Assembly (NCBI GenBank): GCA_008632985.1
Contig: QPGO01000020.1
Span: 310,001-374,000 of the forward strand
Reading direction: 5' to 3'
DNA from: Psammoneis japonica
Lineage: Eukaryota
Length of the DNA stretch: 64,000 nucleotides
The notes under the pieces were generated by a model that worked only from the letters and a program-made list of their open reading frames with translations, was not told the DNA's origin and searched no databases. Both the position numbers and the translations under genes were made by a program. Each line of letters opens with the position of its first letter. Position 1 is the first letter of the stretch. Shown in pieces: positions 24,756-36,700 of the stretch.

Positions 24756-24859
24756 TGCGCTTTTCTTTAGCCTTTGTCGACACTGCATCAACCCTTTATA
24801 TGATGTGAACGCTCCGCAACTTGCAGGGCCCTACCTATTGCCAATGTCGTGATTTCGTG

Positions 24860-27290
24860 AAATGTGCGGCGCGCGGCGCCTCTCTGGCGCGCTGTGCGCT
24901 GCGCAACAAGCGTGCATGATGCAGATCACGGGGCGCCTGCTTTTCCCCTTCTTGTTTTGAAGGTGCTTCAAGCTTGTCACTGTTTGGGTCACTTGTTGAG
25001 CTTCTCACATCTGCAGGCTCATCCGATTTTTAAAATGCATCTCTGGGATTGCTGTTTCTTTTGAATCAGCCACATTCTCTGCACCCCACGGCATTTGAGA
25101 GATCTGTGTTTGTGTTGCTCAATTTTGTCTTCTTGCTGAGCTGTGCTGGTGTGTGGTGCTCTTCTTTGTGCCTGACGATCATTTTCAGACATTGCACTCT
25201 GTTTTTGAGCAGGTTCTGAATGAAAAAAAAGAAAGCAAGCATGACAATGCAATGATGAGCCACAATGTTGACTGCAGTGACATGAGTTGTTTTGTTGAAA
25301 ATTCAAAACTTGAGAATGGCTCAAACTCATTTTTTCAAGAGCCTCCCTCTTTCCACCAAGAAGCAGCTCACAATGGCCAACCATGCAAGAGCTCTCAAAA
25401 AATTTGAGCATGTCATCCCAGGCATCTGATCAGAGAATCATGAGTTTTGTCAGAGAGACAAAAATGCCATCATGTGAGGAGAGCCCGCTCTCTCAGCCGC
25501 CTTTTTGGCTGAACCCGTCAATCTCCTTTGATGACCATCAAGCCATTGCCAATGTTGTTGCAGCTGTTGTCCTGCACAAAAGTGCTGGTGGAGTTTTCAA
25601 CCTCTCAAGCAAATGCATGCAAAGCTCACAAGCTCAGATTGCCAGGTGTTCTTGACTCATGAATGGCGCAGGGAATGAGCCCACTTTTGAGCAACAAGCT
25701 GCGGCTCTCTGACTTTTTGAGTGTGCTCAGCAGCCTTGCATTCTTCTCTGAATGGTCAACCAACTCATCAGTGATGTTGTTGTGCTCAATGCATGCAGGA
25801 GCAGCTGTTGCATTTCCATTGCTGAAAACACACCAACCCACAGTGCTGCCTGTGGTGCATGGCTTGTTGTCATGCCACACCACACCACCACCAGACACAA
25901 CCACCAAGAATCAAACTCAGGTCATGATCCAGCAATGTGGCTCATTTTGCATGTGACAGCTGGGCAACTGTCTCTTCCAAAGAAAGTGTCATCCAGGTCA
26001 GCAGCTGGCAACAGCTCTTCAACAGCCCTGCTTGTTTGGCGCCAATGACTCACTGTGTTGTTGGAGCAGCACAGCTCAGACAAGTGCCCTTCTTTCATTG
26101 CAACAGCAACGGCCATTGAGTTTAAAGGGTTGGGGACACCTTTGTGCCCTGGTGAAAGATGTTGTCAATGAACCATGTTTCCTGCAGCACTCAAATGTGC
26201 AGCAGCAGCAAAGGCCCCAAAAAGGCTGGACACAACACAGCACTGTTCACAAACAAGTGCCCTTCATCACAAATTGGCAGCATCTCTTTGAGGCCCCCCA
26301 AAAAGGCCAGGCATGACACAGCACTGTTCACAAACAAGTGCTCTCCACATCACAACAGGAACAGCTCTTTGATCTTGAGAAGTTGGGGCTGTCTTGCTGC
26401 AAAGAGATGTTGTTGGCATGTGCTGCACCGAGATGCTGCAAAATCCAACAGTCAAGTGTGCAGCAGCAGCAGCAGAAGCACCCAACAAGGTCAAACACAG
26501 CACAGCACTGCATGCTCACAAACAAGCACCCGTTGTCACAGCAGCAGCAGCAGCAGCAGCCCTGCCTTGCTGCCAAGAGACATTTGTTGGTGCACCACTG
26601 AAGATTGGACACAAGAACGCAGCCATTTGCAAACAAGTGCCATTCCCATTGTCACAGTGACAGCAACAGCTCATTGAACAGGGGGTGGGGGAGGGGTGTC
26701 TCACTGTGAGAGACATTGTTTGGCCAATTTTTGCCCTTTGAGACATTGCAAAATCCCACAGTCCTCAAATGAGCCAGGCAGAGCAGCAGAAGAAGCTCCC
26801 CAAAAGGCTGCTGGGTGCAGTGCAGCACAGCTGTTCATGTGCACAACCCAAAAAGCAAATTGCCCAAACAAAGCAGACACTGGTCTTGAGATTCCTGTTA
26901 GCACATTGCAGCACATGAGCTGCTCTGCCCACTGCCTGGCCAAAAAACAGCAGCTGCGCTCTTTTTCCAGCGGGTGACTTCTTGAAAACAGGCTGGTGTG
27001 GAGGGCACTTCTTTGTTTTTTTTTAAGCTTCAACATTCTTGTGGCTCACATTGAGACCAGCACCACACTGTCAATTCTCTCGCTGATCACACCCAGCTGT
27101 TCAGATGATCTTGAGTTGAAGATTGATGCCAGCGCCTGCCCCACAGCTTCTTTTGTTCTCAAAGTCCTCCAGCATGTGATGAACAAGCAACAAGAGAGGA
27201 ACAAGAAGAATCAGCATCCTCAAGTGGGCTCCAACACCATGCGCTCTGCTGCCAAGGATGTGCGGTGCCACCGGGCTTTTCGAACTAAAA
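24860..27290. other. CpG/TpA-depleted domain (relic repeat or TE)
   Basis: Only about 5 TpA in 2.4 kb by eye, all TTAA/TTAG/CTAA. Its ORFs are Tyr-free. Confidence 0.85.
26195..26820 (+). repeat. Degenerate minisatellite with CAG runs
   Basis: ACAGCACTGTTCACAAACAAGTGC at ~26237 and ~26318, with variants at ~26505 and ~26630. CAGCAGCA...CCCCAAAAAGGC recurs at ~26200, 26292, 26461 and 26783. Confidence 0.7.
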
Positions 27291-27556
27291 TGTAGTTCTC
27301 CCGGTGTGCCCCGCAAGTGCTGCGGTGCACCTCCGCAAACACGCACGGCACAGCACGAGCTTTTTACCCTTCTTGCGAGCTGTCTCAGGGCTGAAGAACC
27401 CGGAACGAGAGAAGCCAAGTGTACTACCGGTACGCGCTTGACAATGCGCATGTCAGCAAAGTACAGTAAAGGCACTGGCGGCGGCTGGCGGCACGCTCAT
27501 CGCTCGCTCATCGCACTCATCAGCAGGCAACACACTGAAGGAGGCAGATATCGACG

Positions 27557-29378
27557 ATGGCGCATCAGCGGAGCAACCATGGCGGCCCTCCAGTGCCTTC
27601 GCAGCCGGGATTCAAACGACGACTACCACCACCACCTCCGGCAGTAGGTCAAAGTGGACAGCCTCAACACTACGGACCAGCATCCGGGTCAGGAAGGTTC
27701 CCACCTCCTCAGCACTTTTCTAACAACAACAAGCGGGGGCGATTCGGCGGACGAGGAGGACCCATGGGAGGGAGAGGTATGCGAGGTGGCCGTCTCGGTC
27801 TACCGTATGCCAACAATGGAGGTCGAGGAGGAATGCGTCCCGGTCCGCCTCCGCCTCCTCCCACGAGAGGAAGAGGTCCGGGACGAGGGCCAAACTTGAT
27901 ACACGGACCAGGACCGCGACTGCACGGCAGAGGAGTACCACCACCGCCTCCTCCACAACAACAACGAGGAGTTCCACCACCTCCTCCGCCACCTCCGCCC
28001 CAACAACGTAATGGATTCATGGGACAGATGCCTTTGCGCGCTCCGCCACCTCCGCCTCCTCCTCTCCAAAGTATGCTCCGATGCAACATACACAGCTGCC
28101 GCAACATTTCCCACCGCCTCCTCCGCCTCCACATAACCATACAGCAGTTCAATCAAATGTCGTGATGAATCAATTCCACCAACACTCTTCTGTACCCCCC
28201 TCCATTGCTCAGCGAGTACATCCAATGGCGACTGCGCAGCAGCACGTAGCCTCGGCAACATCTGTAGCGGCAGCAGCAGCTCCTCGCAAGGATGCGTCAC
28301 AGCAGCAGCTTGCTCGTAATGATTCACAGCAGCACTCAACAGAGGCCATAAGTCGAGCATGGTCCGAGCATGAGGGTCCTAATGGAATTATGTTCTATTA
28401 CAACAGTATTCTGAAAAAGAGTACATACGAAAAACCAAATTGCCTTCAGGGAGGCGAAGTCAAACAAAACAAAGAGCCGGGGAGTGGAAAGAGTACGAGG
28501 ACCCAGCTACAAAAAAGAAGTACTACTCGGACGGGGTTACGACAACCTGGAAGAAACCAGATGGTTGGAAGGGGAACAATTCAAAGCAACAGTCGCAATA
28601 TACCTCACGATCCAAAGACTCCAACTCAGTCGCTGTCCAATTCAAGGGCAAGGACGACAGCAAAAAGGCCTTTTATGATTTATTGTTATCCAAGAATGTC
28701 TTACCGACGACGAAATGGAACGAAGTCGTCAAGCTGTTTTCAAGTGACAAAACATACGTCTCCTGCAGTAAACACTTATCGGTAGGAGAACGAAAACAAG
28801 CCCTGGCGGAATACCAAACCAAACGCGCCAACGAATTGCGAGACTTGGAGCGAGCCGAACGCACGCAAAAGCGAGAAGCATTCTTGAAACTACTCTCCGA
28901 AAAGGTCTTGGCCATGCCGTTGTTTTCTGCCGACATGACGCGATTCTCAGATGTCAGACATGAGCTGGTCAACGATTATCGTTATAATGACATTTCCACA
29001 GAAGAGGACCGCCAAGCGTTGTTTTTGGAGTTTTGTGACCAAGTACAAAAGGCAAGCGAGAGTAGACGGCGGAACGAGTTGCGACGAGCTAAAGAAGCCT
29101 TTATGGGCTTCCTCAAAACGCAGTCGCAGAACGGGAGCTTGACCTATGCGTCGTCCTACAAGTCGATTGATACCGAGAAGGACGAGAAGTCCTTTGCTAT
29201 CTTGTCGGAATCGGACCGACAAGCCTACTTTGACGATTATGTTATTGAATTACAAGAGGAGGAAGATAAGCGCCGTAGTGAGCAAGCGTTGACGAGCTCA
29301 TTTGCACGAACACGAAAGAGATCATTGTCGTCAAGTGATGAAGACGGAGAGGTACAGGAGGACGAAGATGATTCGTAA
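27557..29378 (+). CDS. PRP40: PRP40-like splicing factor (Pro/RGG-rich N-terminus, 2 WW, FF domains); two single-base frameshifts
   Basis: WW motifs WSEHEGPNGIMFYYNS..STYEKP and WKEYEDPATKKKYYSDGVTTTWKKP. FF motifs AFYDLL...W..V...LSVGERKQA and EAFLKLL...RY...EDRQALF. Frameshifts at ~28063 and 28479-28482. Confidence 0.85.
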
Positions 29379-29697
29379 CAATGCTATCCATGTACAGCAC
29401 AGCAGAGTAGTAGAGTGAGTCTATTGCTGTTTCAATAGTCCAACGCGCAGCTCTCGTCTCGCTCGTTTGACGTTTATCTGCGATCCTAACCTATCCCGTG
29501 CCGCGTGGTTATTCCCGTACGCGCATGGAAACGCGACCTGTTGGTCCCGCGCGTTGACATGGTTCTGTTTTTATTTTTTATTACTGTTACATGAATTCTA
29601 CGCTGAGAACCGCATTGATTCTCACACATCATCTCAAGTTGTAAGTGCTCCTTCTCGTCGTACAACTTTCAATTGATCAACCGATACTGTAGCGACA

Positions 29698-31562
29698 ATG
29701 AGTCACCCAGCAAAGCAACCTACCAAAATGACCAAAGATGACACATGGGACACAATTAGTGGGGATAGTACAAGCGTGAATCACACACACGAAAGAGAGG
29801 CGGCAAGTGCAGTTCAAGAACAAGCTCTTGCAAGTTTACCTTCCCCTGCGACGAATTCTCGTCGTCGCCGCGGTGAAGAGAAGGATGAAAGAGCTGACAA
29901 GGGCATTTCTAGAGCTCGTGCTGGTGCTTTCGCGGTGAACCAAGACGGGGTTGTCCCTCGTGCAATTGCCGGAGACGATGCAAGCATCGCGGTGTCTGAG
30001 TTGAGGAGTCATCATTCTGATAAAACGATACTTGTCAGAGCCGAACTAGCGCAATCGAATGAAGAAATCGATAATGTACACGAAGAAATGGGTGCTATGC
30101 GCGAAGACATTTCTCGTCTTCAACAAGAGAATGTTCGTCTTCACCGGTTGGTTCCTCATATCGCCCAAGCTGAGATTGCTCAAGTGGTGGTGTCAGATCA
30201 CATTGAATACACAGAAACGATTGACCATGAGACATTGATGAAAAGGCGTCGATTGGTTGCAGCAGTCATGATCTTGTTGGGACTTGCTCTCCTTGTTGTG
30301 GCAATTGTAGTCCCTGTGTTGTCGATAGGCGACGACGAAGACCCCGAAACAACGCAAACGTTGCTTCCGAACGGTCCATGGCAGCAGCTGGGGCAGGTAC
30401 TGAATGGGGAAACCGCAGCAGACGATTTCGGAGAATGGATTTCGTTGTCGCGTGATGCAAATGTCATGGCAGTCGGTGCGTCACAGTATAAGACACCCCG
30501 TCCTGGTTATGTTTCTGTGTTTCGTTTCGTTCAGGCAACTATGAGTTGGAGCCCAATGGGTCAAACGTTGATGGGGGTTGCCCAGAACGACACCTTCGGC
30601 GAATGTGTGTCGTTGAATCATAACGGCACGATAATTGCTATTGGGGCTGATGACAATGACAGGGGCGGAGATAATGCTGGTCAGGTTCGAGTGTTCGAAT
30701 ACAACATGGAAATGGATAAGTTGGTTCAACTAGGCAGTGACATGTATGGAGACTCGTCCGGAGATTTCTTTGGGGATTCTGTATCGCTTTCAGCCAATGG
30801 AGACATTCTTGCGGTGGGAGCTTATTTGGAAAGCACTGAAAATGGCAGCAATGCAGGGTCTGTTCGTGTTTTTAAATACAATCGCGACACATCATCGTGG
30901 GATCAACAAGGACAGAGACTCAGTGGTCGAGCCGCCAATGATTATTTCGGTAGGTCGATTTCCCTGAGTAGCTCGGGAACCATTGTCGGCGTTGGATCGG
31001 TTGGGAATGATTTCGGAGGAAGCGAAGCTGGTCTAGTTTCCGTTTTCGAATTCAATACAGCATCATCAAGGTGGGATCCTATGGGCTCTCCAATAATTGG
31101 AAATGCTGAGGTCGGTCGCTTTGGTTCCTCTGTTTCCTTGATGACAGTGGCTTGGTTGTGGCAGTCGGTTCGCCTGAAGTTGGACGAGTTTTGGTCTTTG
31201 ATCATGTCCGCGCGTCCTCGACTTGGATACAGCGTGGTCAAACCCTAATGAGTAAGCAGTCGGGTGATGAGTTTGGTTCTTCAGTGTCGCTGAGTGCAAA
31301 TGGAAATGTCGTCGCTGTTGGCAGTCGCTCTCATGACGTCAACGGCGCTGAAGATGCTGGTCGAGTTACTCTCTTCCAGTACGATGCAATCGCCGAGAAG
31401 TGGATTCAGGTGGGTGAACATATAAGTGGTAGCGTTGAAGGTGATGAATTTGGGCAGTCCGTTTCCTTGTCGTCGAACGGAAGTGTTGTCGCTGTTGGCG
31501 CGTGGGGTAGCGACACGAACGGGAACCGATCGGGCTCAGCATATGTATTCACAGTAAATTAG
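29698..31562 (+). CDS. Single-pass membrane protein with FG-GAP-like beta-propeller repeats; frameshift near 31140
   Basis: TM helix followed by repeated FGxSVSLSxxGxxxAVG...W.Q.G units. Adding one G at TTG(G)AT joins the two ORFs. Confidence 0.85.
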
Positions 31563-31976
31563 GTCCCTGCATCAAAGTCTCCTCCAGATTATCCCAGATG
31601 AGTGCAATCCTCTCTATTTTCTAGAGGGCTGCTTTACCAGTGGCAGTAGCTACACTGCTCTACTCTCTGCAGTGGGTGGAGTCTCATCTCTAGCTACGAC
31701 CTAGCTCTACGGTATCGTTACAGTAAAATGATCATTGAGACGTTGCAGTGAAACAGGGTGTCGTTGTGTGCATCTTCCCATGGCCTGTCACTACTGAAAC
31801 CTCCGCCCGCGTTGCTGTCTCCACTCATAAAGACGCAAAACATGCAAAACAGAATATGCAACAGCCACAAAACACCATGGCACCACCCAGCATCAACAAG
31901 ATGGAACCGGCAAGGACAAGCGACCCTTTGTTTATGGACGAATCTGGTTTATAGGCGTTGATGTTATCTTTTCGTT

Positions 31977-33299
31977 TCACTTCCTCTGATGGAGAGCATC
32001 GTGCTTGTGCACTCGCTTCATAAAGTACAGGTCCGCCTCGGTGACCTTGTCCAACCTTGCATTCGAATCAAAGCCGTCAGCGACGAGTTTGTTGATATAC
32101 TCTGACGCATCGTCGGGATGTAGGTCTGATACAACAGAACGAAGCCATTCGTCGACAATGGTGTATTTGGTCTTGTTAACCAACGGAGCGCTGCTTCCCG
32201 ATGGGCTCTTTTCATGAATGACAAGTCAGCTTCCTTGATCAGTGCGAGCATTGGATCGGTATCAAAGCCATCATTCACAAGCTTTTTGATGTAGCTCATA
32301 CGATCATCGTGATGAAGCGTTAATCCATCAATAGAGTCAATCCATGCCTTGACGATGTTCGTCTTGTCATCCCTTGCGGACGATTTCGCGGCGACTTGCC
32401 CTTCTTGGCAGGAGGGGCGGTGGTGGAGCCAGATTCTGCCTGACGGTGTTTCTTGGATTTGGGCTTTTTGCCAGCATCATTGTTGGTAGAGCTTGTCTTT
32501 GGTCCTGCGGTGGTCTGAGATTTATCAGAATCTGGCGTAATCAGCTGCTGCTGGGGTGAGGAGCTGGAGACCGCTGCTGTATTAGTCGAGATGGACAAGT
32601 TGGTGGGTCTGCGAAGTCGCTTTCCTCCCCCGGCCACTCTCTTTTGGTTCTCTTTTTCCTTCCAATAATCGCTGTCGCCACCCCAACCAGCATGGTTCAC
32701 CGTGTAGTCTTTCATTTCAACGTCTTTCTCGCTGTAATAACTGACGTAATCCTTGCCCCTGATTCCACCTTCTTTTGGCCCTTTTCCTCCCTTCGGATGA
32801 AACGCATAGTCAATATCAAGTCCCGAACAGCGTTTCCATTCCCAATCGCGGAATGCATTCACCTTGACCAGCTCCCATGGGTCGTCTTTGTGAATCGTAG
32901 TACGTGCGGCTTGTTTGCCGGCGGCTTGTTTGCCGGGCGTGTCATCCATGGAACTGGCGCACTTGTCTCTTGTTCTGCTTCCTCGCTAATTTCGTCCTCC
33001 CGTGATATCTTCTTGCCGGGAGTCAAGAAGAGAACTTTCTTCATTGCCGTCTGAAGTGATGCCTGACTTTCGCGTCGCTTCTTTCGGAGAGTCTCGACTT
33101 TTTCGCTTCTCTGCTTTTCAAGACAAGCTCGATCCTGCAGCTGCGCTTCTAGCGGAGGTGAACTCACCGGGCTGAGCTTCCGATCAATGGATTGCTCATC
33201 GAGCTCAATCGTATCAAACGTATCAACGCTCTTTGTAGGAGTGGGGGTATCCATAGTTCTACTTGTCAACGCCAAAGAGCGAGCTGTTGTAGAATTCAT
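31977..33299 (-). CDS. Hypothetical protein with two C-terminal SAM-like repeats; several frameshifts (gene or pseudogene)
   Basis: Consecutive minus-strand ORFs. The repeats YIKKLVNDGFDT...LIKEADLSFMKRAH and YINKLVADGFDS...KVTEADLYFMKRVH are clearly homologous. Confidence 0.6.
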
Positions 33300-33719
33300 G
33301 CTGATTTGTCACTGTATTGCTACTGTTGTCTTTTGCAAATTGTGAGGGAAATGGCGAGTTGACAAAACCACACACAACGATTAGCGATTGGCGATAGGGC
33401 TACTTAGCAACGTCCAACGACCAACGACCACCTACCTGGCTGTCTACTACTGCCAGCCTGCTGACTGTACAGCACAGTTAGTACCGTATCGCATCATGGC
33501 ATGCATCCGATGGAGCTGGCATATGTTTCTTCACTCTTGCCGGCGCTTCATTGTACCGCACAGTGTCGGCATGGCACGTGCACCGGAATGACAAATGCTT
33601 CAGCAAGACACAAAACATCATGATGATGTTGTGATGACGAGGAGCGACCTGGGCCATCTTCTTGCTTGCCCTCGCCTTTGAGGTTTTCAGCTTTGGATCA
33701 TCTCCGTAGAGCTACACTG

Positions 33720-36700
33720 GAAGTGCTCTTGCACAAAGAGTGCCCGAAACGCCGGGTTCTCGGCACAGGGCCCCAACTCTTTCTCCTCAATGTGAGCAGT
33801 GCCTGGATGACCTCGCTTCAACTGAGCGCGGGGGGTCATTGCACACTCCTGTGTGCGCTGCTGCTCTGCATTTGCATGAGCTTTGCACCTGTGCAAGCTG
33901 TGCCTCTTTGCAGTGCCACCATCTGATGATCCTCTTTGTGCCAAGGATTGTTTGGGCTCTTGTTGCTGGGCGCAACAATGGCCTTGCAAGTGCTGCAACC
34001 TTTGACAAGCACAAGCATGGTGGAAAGCAGCTGCTGGCAAGTTTGCAAGAAAAACAAGATCAAAGTTGTTGGGGCTGGAAAAATGAAGTGCAAAAGAGAA
34101 AGAGGAGCTGCGACAAAAACTGGCCTCCACACATCTGACATCTGAGTCAAGCTTGTCTGTGTTGGGGAGCTGCTGCACTTTGCAATGAGTGGCAGTGGCA
34201 CGGTGGGGGTGACACGTTGACTTCCAGTTGGTGCTGCTGCTGCACACTGCCATCAACCACATGACAACATGCAGCCAGTGCCAGGCACTCAAATGAGTGC
34301 CCCCCCCGTTGTCATTGCACTTTGTGATGTCAGCGCACCAAAGGCAATGTGGGTGCATTTTAATTTTCTGAAAGCCAAGCAGTGTGCAAAAGAGGCAAGA
34401 GACCATGGTGCACCATGAAGAGTCATGAAGCAAACAGCAAACCGGTGGTGCAAAAATGCACCCGCTGTTTGCTGTGGCAGCAAGTTCGCTCAAAATGGGT
34501 GCAAACACAGCTGACAACCTGGACCCAGCTGTGGAGAGTCAATTGACTGTCCTGTGTCACAAAATTTTCTTTGATTTGCTGGCATGATGCACACATGATG
34601 TGGCAATTGTGAGAACAGTGGGTGCACACAGCACAAAATCTGTCACTCCAGCTTGGGACAAAAACCACAGTGACAACAACACTGGCCCTGGTTGTGGGTT
34701 GGCAAATCCATGTCATGACATGTCACAATTGCAGCCTGACCACCAATTGCATGTTGTGATGCACAAAAAATGCACAGAACAATGATTTGAAGTGAGCACT
34801 GACAAGGCTTGAAAATTTGACCAGCTCTCTAGAATCTCTGGCTCAGCCTCCAATGTGAGGCACAAACCACCAGTGCATTGCCACCATCTTCATCCAATTC
34901 AACCCTTGCAAAAGACACCAGCTTCTGAGGCTGGGGAGCTTTCTTGGTGTGTGATGCTTCCCAAAGCTCCATCAAGTGGTGACAAGATAAAAGACTTGCA
35001 CCCCACATTGTCAAACTTGAGAACTTGATGCTGCACAGGCAAATGCTGTGTGGCAATCAGCAAGGAGCCACAGTTTGCAAATGTCTGAACTGGGACTGCA
35101 GCAGCTTACAGGAGAGATGTGTTGCAGCTGTTTGAGCACCAAAAAAATGAGCCAAACTTGCCAGCCCCAGCAAGAACTGTGCATGATGTGCTGCTGGTGG
35201 TTGGCCAGCAACTGGCAGACAACAAAGTTTGTTGTGGAAAGGCACGAGTGGAATCCACAGTGTTGACCAGCTCAGTGTAACATCAAAACTTGGCATCTTC
35301 AGTGGAGAGGCTGGGCCTCTGCTCCTGCTCCACAGACTCTGGAGATCATGCCAACAAGCTGCCAATGAGCTTGTTTTGCAAAGCACCCTCTCCAGATGCA
35401 AGTGCACAAACTTGCTCACATTTGGCAACCAGGCATTTTGCAATGAAGATCTTCTTTGTTGGGGATGTTGCTGCAGGTTCTGCCACAAACAAGTCTAAAA
35501 TCACAAAAAGCAAGCTTCTCTTCAGCTTCAAACAAAATCTCAGTGCTGGTCACTTCATGACAAAAGACTGCACAAATCACAGTGCCTCCCCACCACAATC
35601 AAGAAGAGCTGACAAAGTCCAAACAAGTGCAGCTGGAAGGTGCACTCTTTCTAATCTCACAGGCTCCATGGCAAGTGCAGAGCATGCTTGCACCACAGCT
35701 GGCAACAAACAATGCAGCAGGCTGCTGCAACTCAAGGCTGGGTTTTGCATGACATTGGGCTTTCTGCAAGCAAACATCCTTTAAAGCATCTCCATTGAAA
35801 TCCATTGGCTCAGCTTGACCTTGCTCTAACCAAAGGCAATGTGGTGCTTCCAACATGTGCTTCTTGCCAGACAAGTCAGCAAGTGCTGTGCACTTTCCTT
35901 GTGGATGTCAAGACCTCCAACAGAACACTGTCCTTGCCCCAAGAAAAAACTGCAGATGCTCAACCAAACTCCAAGAGTGTTTTTCAACAAAGAACAATGT
36001 CAGAAAAGCAGACAAATGAAGAATGAGAAAAACAACAAACTCTGCTGGCATTGCCTCCAGCAGAGCTTGGATCTGTGTGTGCCTCGGGCCAACCTTGGCC
36101 AACCTTGTCAGGAGGGAAAATGCAGCAATGTGCTGCACTTGCAACTGTGCTGTTGTTGAAACCAACAGCTCTGCTTTGGATGAATGCATGGGGGGGGGAA
36201 TGGCCCTCATTGATTCCTGCACTCCTGCCAAATTGTGGCACACTCCAACAAACAATTGGGGCAATTTTGCACCCATGAGATGTCCACATCATCAAGAGTG
36301 CAGCAAGGTGGAACTGTGCACATGTTGACCAGTTGGTGACTCCTTGAGGATCCTCAGCAAGCAAGACACTTTCTTCAGCAGCCATTGTGCCAAGGATGTG
36401 GGTCTTCAAGTTGAGGTGCTGTGCTTTTTGGGAGCTTGCAATTTTTGGAAAAAAAAAAGAATGAGTGCTTTGCATTGGATGTGTGTGCTTTTGCCAAATG
36501 AAATTTTGGCAACGAGCTGTGACTTTGTCCACTCATGAGACATGATTGTGGAATGCACAGATGCATGATGGTTGTGGCGATGTGCAATGTTCAGCTTGGC
36601 TGCAGCCTGCGGAGAAAGTGCCAGCTGTCAGATTTTGGCAGAACTCTCAGGCAACTTCAACCCAACAACAGGGCACAGGCTGACCAGCAGCAGCATTTGA

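Noticed and set aside
27709..28360. Gly-rich minus-strand ORFs
   Set aside because: Antisense shadow of the Pro-rich PRP40 N-terminus.
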